Source: Mantamonas sphyraenae STR306
Lineage: Eukaryota; Protista; CRuMs
Length of the DNA stretch: 64,000 nt
NCBI GenBank assembly: GCA_026936335.1
Contig: JAPMXV010000049.1
Location: 186,001-250,000 of the forward strand
Direction of reading: 5' to 3'
Every line of letters begins with the position of its first letter. Position 1 is the first letter of the stretch. Shown one piece after another: positions 56,801 through 64,000 of the stretch. Below the pieces are notes generated by a model. The model had not been told where the DNA came from, made no database searches, and saw only the letters and a list, made by a program, of their open reading frames with translations. The position numbers and the translations under genes are program-made.

Positions 56801-59800
56801 TGCTCCTTCAGTTCTGCCACAGTCTTGTCATGCTCTTCCTTCAGCTCAGACATGGCCTTGTCATGCTCTTCCTCCAGCTCAGTCAATGCATCCTCATGCG
56901 ACTTATCCTTGACAACAAGCGCTTGCGCATGCTGCTCCTTCAGTTCTGCCACAGCCTTGTCATGCTCTTCCTTCAGCTCAGTCAGTGCATCCTCATGCGA
57001 CTCATCCTTGACAACAAGCGCCTGTGCATGCTGTTCCTGCAGTTCTGCCACAGCCTTGTCATGCTGCCCCTTCAGTTCAACCACCACTGTGTCGTGCTCC
57101 TTCTCCAGCCCAGTCACCACTACCTCGTGCTCTGCCTTCATCGCAGCCAGTGCCTCCTTCATCTGCGTACGCTGCTCCCCACGTTCCCTTTCAAACTCTT
57201 CTCGCTCTTTCTGCACCGCCTCATCAAGCGCAGCCTTTCTCTCCTCCTCCATCTGCGCCCTCAAAGCGGCCAACGCCTCCTCCTTCTCCGTTTCCTTCAG
57301 CTGCACTGCCCCAGCCCACTTGCGACGCGACCCAGCCAGCTGCATCACCATCACCGCTTGTTTCTTCGCCGCCTCTCGTCGCCGCTCTCGCTCATCCCGA
57401 CCATGGCCATCCACGCCATCATCCGTTCTCGACTCTGTGTGTGCCCCGCCTTCCTCGTGGTCCACTTCTGCCTCCACATAGGCCCGACGTACACTGCCCG
57501 TGTGCTTTTGCGCTCGCGCCATCCACACATCCTCACTGCCACCGTTACCAGTACCACCACCAGCGCCGGTATCGCTACCCACGTCGTCACCGCCATTGCC
57601 CCAGCCCACAGTGTTCACCTCCTCCACACCCTCTCTGTACACGGCGCCCAGTCGTCCATCCATCATCTCCGCCTCCAAGTGGTGGGCCATATCTGTCCCC
57701 GTCAGCTCTTGGGCCCTCGCACACACGACACAGCTGTCGACGTCGTGCCTCAGCGGGTTCTCTGCACGCTCCTGTGCCAGCAGTGCCTCGCAATGGTCAC
57801 GCGCAGCAGCCAACGCGACCAAGTGCGCCGCGTGCGCAAGCTCCAATTCCAACGCCGTCTGCGACGCCATACGACGCTCCTCAGCCACTGCCTCTGCTGT
57901 CCGCTCTTGCAGTGCCAATGCCCCAGCCAGCCATTGCTGCTGGGTGTCCCATGCAGCCCACAGCTCTCGACGTTGGCACTGTGCACGCTCCTGCACATCA
58001 ACAATCGCGTCCATTCCTTCGGACGACAGTGTGTGACGCACCCCGCCGACGTTGTCTGCAATCGACACAACGTCGAGTGTGCGACGGTGATCAGCTTCCA
58101 GACGGCTCCGCAGTGCCGCCAGTGCCTGGTCGTGTTCAGCACGAGCTGCTTCCAGGGTGGCTTGTGCAGCCCGTCCCAACGAGGATTGTTGCTCATCCAG
58201 CGCCTCTTGCTTCTCCCTCTCTAGCTGCTGGGATTGGGATTGCAGAGCAACCTGGATTTCTTCACTTAGCTCCAACTTCTGTTGCGCGAGTGCCTGCTCC
58301 TTGGCGGCAAGCATTGCTTGTTCCTGTGCAACCAATGCTTCTTCTCGCTCCCGGTCCTTCTCCGTTCGTACCTGCTCCAGCCTGTGGCTCATCTCCTCTG
58401 CAAGGCCATCTTCCTCCTTCTTCCGCTCCAACGCCGCTCGTGCCACTTGTGCCACCAGCGCCTTCTTCTCCTCCTGTGCCTCGTCAATCTCCTCCTGCAG
58501 CTCATCCACATCCTCCTGCAACCCATCACGCTCCTCTTCCACACTTGCTAGCTGCTTCTCCACTTCGCTCTTCTGCTGCTTCACCTCCCCCAGCATCTTC
58601 TGCAACAAGCTCATTCGCTTCTCCATACTGGCCACTTCCTTGCCACAAGACTCCACAGCCACCTTCAACTCGGCGTTCTCATCTTCCAGCTGACTGCGCG
58701 TCGTGCGCAGCAGACGTTCTGTGAGCTCCAACTTTTCCAGGGCCCCCACGCGGTCAGCCTCTGCCTTTTTGAGCAGCTGAGCGTTGTGAGCCAGCCGCTC
58801 GTCCAGTGTTTTGATCTCGGAGAGCAGCCTGCGGTTGTCTGCTTGCAGGACAAGGAGATGCTGGTGAGACTCCAGGGCCTTGTCGTGCTGTTCCTTCAGC
58901 GCAGTCAATGCATCCTCATGTGACTCATCCTTGACAACGAGCGCTTGCGCATGTTGCTCCTGCAGTTCTGCCACAGCCTTGTCATGCTCTTCCTTCAGCT
59001 CAGACATGGCCTTGTCATGCTCTTCCTCCAGCTCAGTCAGTGCGTCCTCATGCGACTCATCCTTGACAACAAGCGCTTGCGCATGCTGCTCCTGCAGTTC
59101 TGCCACAGCCTTGTCATGCCGCTCACTCAGCTCCGTCAGTGCATCCTCATGCGACTTATCCTTGACAACAAGCGCTTGCGCATGCTGTTCCTTCAGTTCT
59201 GCCACAGCCTTGTCATGCTGTTCCTTCAGCTCAGACATGGCCTTGTCATGCTCTTCCTTCAGCTCAGTCAATGCATCCTCATGCGACTCATCCTTGAGAA
59301 CGAGTGCATGTGCATGCTGCTCCTTCAGTTCTGCCATAGCCTTGTCATGCTGCTCACTCAGCTCAGTCAGTGCATCCTCATGCGACTTATCCTTGACAAC
59401 AAGCTCTTGCGCATGCTGCTCCTTCAGTTCTGCCACAGTCTTGTCATGCTCTTCCTTCAGCTCAGTCAATGCATCCTCATGCGACTCATCCTTGACAACG
59501 AGCGCATGCGCATGCTGCTCCTTCAGCTCTTCCACAGCGTTGCCATGCTCTTCCTTCAGCCCAGACATGGCCTTGTCATGCTCTTCCTCCAGCTCAGTCA
59601 GTGCGTCCTCATGCGACTCATCCTTGACAACAAGCGCTTGCGCATGCTGCTCCTTCAGTTCTGCCACAGCCTTGTCATGCTGTTCCTTCAGCTCAGTCAG
59701 TGCATCCTCATGCGACCCATCCTTGACAACGAGTGCATGTGCATGCTGCTCCTTCAGTTCTGCCACAGCCTTGTCATGCTGCTCACTCAGCTCAGTCAGT

Positions 59801-62800
59801 GCATCCTCATGCGACTTATCCTTGACAACAAGCGCTTGCGCATGCTGCTCCTTCAGTTCTGCCACAGTCTTGTCATGCTCTTCCTTCAGCTCAGTCAATG
59901 CATCCTCATGCGACTTATCCTTGACAACAAGCGCTTGCGCATGCTGCTCCTTCAGTTCTGCCACAGTCTTGTCATGCTCTTCCTTCAGCTCAGTCAATGC
60001 TTCCTCATGCGACTTATCCTTGACAACGAGCGCTTGTGCATGCTGTTCCTTCAGTTCTGCCACAGCCTTGCCATGCTCTTCCTTCAGCGCAGACATGGCC
60101 TTGTCATGCTCTTCCTCCAGCTCAGTCAGTGCGTCCTCATGCGACTCATCCTTGACAATGAGCGCATGTGCATGCTGTCCCTTCAGTTCTGCCACAGCCT
60201 TGTCGTACTACTGCTCCTTCAGCGCAGTCAGTGCATCCTCATGCGACCCATCCTTGACAACGAGCGCTTGTGCATGCTGTTCCTTCAGTTCTGCCACAGC
60301 CTTGCCATGCTCTTCCTTCAGCCCAGACATGGCCTTGTCATGCTCTTCCTTCAGCGCAGTCAGTGCATCCTCATGCGACCCATCCTTGACAACAAGCGCT
60401 TGCGCATGTTGCTCCTTCACTTCTGCCACAGCCTTGCCATGCTCTTCCTTCAGCGCAGACATGGCCTTGTCATGCTCTTCCTCCAGCTCAGTCAGTGCGT
60501 CCTCATGCGACTCATCCTTGACAATGAGCGCATGTGCATGCTGTCCCTTCAGTTCTGCCACAGCCTTGTCGTACTGCTCCTTCAGCGCAGTCAGTGCATC
60601 CTCATGCGACCCATCCTTGACAACGAGCGCTTGTGCATGCTGTTCCTTCAGTTCTGCCACAGCCTTGCCATGCTCTTCCTTCAGCCCAGACATGGCCTTG
60701 TCATGCTCTTCCTTCAGCGCAGTCAGTGCATCCTCATGCGACCCATCCTTGACAACAAGCGCTTGCGCATGTTGCTCCTTCACTTCTGCCACAGCCTTGC
60801 CATGCTCTTCCTTCAGCGCAGACATGGCCTTGTCATGCTCTTCCTCCAGCTCAGTCAGTGCGTCCTCATGCGACTCATCCTTGACAATGAGCGCATGTGC
60901 ATGCTGTCCCTTCAGTTCTGCCACAGCCTTGTCGTACTGCTCCTTCAGCGCAGTCAGTGCATCCTCATGCGACCCATCCTTGACAACGAGCGCTTGTGCA
61001 TGCTGTTCCTTCAGTTCTGCCACAGCCTTGCCATGCTCTTCCTTCAGCCCAGACATGGCCTTGTCATGCTCTTCCTTCAGCGCAGTCAGTGCATCCTCAT
61101 GCGACCCATCCTTGACAACAAGCGCTTGCGCATGTTGCTCCTTCACTTCTGCCACAGCCTTGCCATGCTCTTCCTTCAGCGCAGACATGGCCTTGTCATG
61201 CTCTTCCTCCAGCTCAGTCAGTGCGTCCTCATGCGACTCATCCTTGACAATGAGCGCATGTGCATGCTGTCCCTTCAGTTCTGCCACAGCCTTGTCGTAC
61301 TGCTCCTTCAGCGCAGTCAGTGCATCCTCATGCGACCCATCCTTGACAACGAGCGCTTGTGCATGCTGTTCCTTCAGTTCTGCCACAGCCTTGCCATGCT
61401 CTTCCTTCAGCCCAGACATGGCCTTGTCATGCTCTTCCTTCAGCGCAGTCAGTGCATCCTCATGCGACCCATCCTTGACAACAAGCGCTTGCGCATGTTG
61501 CTCCTTCACTTCTGCCACAGCCTTGCCATGCTCTTCCTTCAGCCCAGACATGGCCTTGTCATGCTCTTCCTTCAGCTCAGTCAGTGCATCCTCATGCGAC
61601 TCATCCTTGACAACGAGCGCTTGCGCATGTTGCTCCTGCAGTTCTGCCACAGTCTTGTCATGCTGTTCCTTCAGCTCAGACATGGCCTTGTCATGCTCTT
61701 CTTTCAGCTCAGTCAATGCATCCTCATGCGACTTATCCTTGACAACAAGCGCTTGCGCATGCTGCTCCTTCAGTTCTGCCACAGTCTTGTCATGCTCTTC
61801 CTTCAGCTCAGTCAGTGCGTCCTCTTGCGACTCATCCTTGACAACAAGCGCTTGCGCATGTTGCTCCTTCAGTTCTGCCACAGTCTTGTCATGCTCTTCC
61901 TTCAGCTCAGACATGGCCTTGTCATGCTCTTCCTCCAGCTCAGTCAATGCATCCTCATGCGACTCATCCTTGACAACAAGCGCTTGCGCATGCTGCTCCT
62001 TCAGTTCTGCCACAGTCTTGTCATGCTCTTCCTTCAGCTCAGTCAATGCATCCTCATGCGACTCATCCTTGACAACGAGCGCATGCGCATGCTGCTCCTT
62101 CAGCTCTTCCACAGCGTTGCCATGCTCTTCCTTCAGCCCAGACATGGCCTTGTCATGCTCTTCCTCCAGCTCAGTCAGTGCGTCCTCATGCGACTCATCC
62201 TTGACAACAAGCGCTTGCGCATGCTGCTCCTTCAGTTCTGCCACAGCCTTGTCATGCTGTTCCTTCAGCTCAGTCAGTGCATCCTCATGCGACCCATCCT
62301 TGACAACGAGTGCATGTGCATGCTGCTCCTTCAGTTCTGCCACAGCCTTGTCATGCTGCTCACTCAGCTCAGTCAGTGCATCCTCATGCGACTTATCCTT
62401 GACAACAAGCGCTTGCGCATGCTGCTCCTTCAGTTCTGCCACAGTCTTGTCATGCTCTTCCTTCAGCTCAGTCAATGCATCCTCATGCGACTTATCCTTG
62501 ACAACAAGCGCTTGCGCATGCTGCTCCTTCAGTTCTGCCACAGTCTTGTCATGCTCTTCCTTCAGCTCAGTCAATGCTTCCTCATGCGACTTATCCTTGA
62601 CAACGAGCGCTTGTGCATGCTGTTCCTTCAGTTCTGCCACAGCCTTGCCATGCTCTTCCTTCAGCGCAGACATGGCCTTGTCATGCTCTTCCTCCAGCTC
62701 AGTCAGTGCGTCCTCATGCGACTCATCCTTGACAATGAGCGCATGTGCATGCTGTCCCTTCAGTTCTGCCACAGCCTTGTCGTACTGCTCCTTCAGCGCA

Positions 62801-64000
62801 GTCAGTGCATCCTCATGCGACCCATCCTTGACAACGAGCGCTTGTGCATGCTGTTCCTTCAGTTCTGCCACAGCCTTGCCATGCTCTTCCTTCAGCCCAG
62901 ACATGGCCTTGTCATGCTCTTCCTTCAGCGCAGTCAGTGCATCCTCATGCGACCCATCCTTGACAACAAGCGCTTGTGCATGCTGTTCCTTCAGTTCTGC
63001 CACAGCCTTGCCATGCTCTTCCTTCAGCGCAGACATGGCCTTGTCATGCTCTTCCTCCAGCTCAGTCAGTGCGTCCTCATGCGACTCATCCTTGACAATG
63101 AGCGCATGTGCATGCTGTCCCTTCAGTTCTGCCACAGCCTTGTCGTACTGCTCCTTCAGCGCAGTCAGTGCATCCTCATGCGACCCATCCTTGACAACGA
63201 GCGCTTGTGCATGCTGTTCCTTCAGTTCTGCCACAGCCTTGCCATGCTCTTCCTTCAGCCCAGACATGGCCTTGTCATGCTCTTCCTTCAGCGCAGTCAG
63301 TGCATCCTCATGCGACCCATCCTTGACAACAAGCGCTTGCGCATGTTGCTCCTTCACTTCTGCCACAGCCTTGCCATGCTCTTCCTTCAGCGCAGACATG
63401 GCCTTGTCATGCTCTTCCTCCAGCTCAGTCAGTGCGTCCTCATGCGACTCATCCTTGACAATGAGCGCATGTGCATGCTGTCCCTTCAGTTCTGCCACAG
63501 CCTTGTCGTACTGCTCCTTCAGCGCAGTCAGTGCATCCTCATGCGACCCATCCTTGACAACGAGCGCTTGTGCATGCTGTTCCTTCAGTTCTGCCACAGC
63601 CTTGCCATGCTCTTCCTTCAGCCCAGACATGGCCTTGTCATGCTCTTCCTTCAGCGCAGTCAGTGCATCCTCATGCGACCCATCCTTGACAACAAGCGCT
63701 TGCGCATGTTGCTCCTTCACTTCTGCCACAGCCTTGCCATGCTCTTCCTTCAGCGCAGACATGGCCTTGTCATGCTCTTCCTCCAGCTCAGTCAGTGCGT
63801 CCTCATGCGACTCATCCTTGACAATGAGCGCATGTGCATGCTGTCCCTTCAGTTCTGCCACAGCCTTGTCGTACTGCTCCTTCAGCGCAGTCAGTGCATC
63901 CTCATGCGACCCATCCTTGACAACGAGCGCTTGTGCATGCTGTTCCTTCAGTTCTGCCACAGCCTTGCCATGCTCTTCCTTCAGCCCAGACATGGCCTTG
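53887..64000 (-). CDS. Giant His/Glu/Lys-rich coiled-coil repeat protein (>3300 codons, 5' end outside window) with one in-frame TAG at 60208-60210
   Basis: ORFs 60208-63993 and 53887-60195 are in the same frame and built from the same 11-aa units. Confidence 0.8.
54880..57070 (-). repeat. 33/99-bp coding tandem repeat array
   Basis: HAQALVVKDES-HEDALTELKEE-HDKTVAELKEQ repeated. Confidence 0.95.
58880..64000 (-). repeat. 33/99/132-bp coding tandem repeat array with 363-bp higher-order unit
   Basis: The Tyr-variant marker gtcgtactg recurs at 363-bp spacing (gtac at 60571, 60934, 61297). Confidence 0.95.

Noticed and set aside
60208-60210. Stop-codon reassignment (TAG as sense)
   Set aside because: TAG, TAA and TGA all terminate conserved genes in this window, and this TAG is an extra triplet relative to sister repeats.

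Overview
Gene-dense eukaryotic (protist-like) DNA with short GT-AG introns, (CA)n tracts and very small intergenic gaps; no prokaryotic features, RNA genes, CRISPR arrays or transposases were recognised. About 25 protein-coding loci were called by motif recognition only: MGAT2-like, two tandem copies of a head-to-head Rho/Ras GTPase pair, a BC-box/LRR protein, a GT49 (LARGE-type) glycosyltransferase, INO1, U1-C, IDI, TSC1, two inverted copies of a sphingolipid C9-methyltransferase, an acylated RCC1-guanylate kinase-ADP-ribosylglycohydrolase protein, an OTU deubiquitinase, Fe-SOD, a Dug3-Dug2 fusion, TFIIF-beta, KNL1, Cdc25, Pcc1, Mic19, PA2G4, an unknown multi-UBL-like protein, a U-box/TPR protein, TTLL1 and a giant His-periodic 11-mer coiled-coil protein that runs off the right edge. 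Most notable: (1) a single-polypeptide fusion of the two subunits of the fungal Dug2/Dug3 glutathione hydrolase; (2) the RCC1-GK-pseudo-ARH architecture; (3) a 12-kb block flanked by 1.8-kb inverted duplicates that looks like a staggered-break inversion; (4) the giant hendecad protein with an 11x11 higher-order repeat and one in-frame TAG; (5) the duplicated Ras-Rho cassette with altered effector loops. Intron boundaries were derived by eye and no database search was run.
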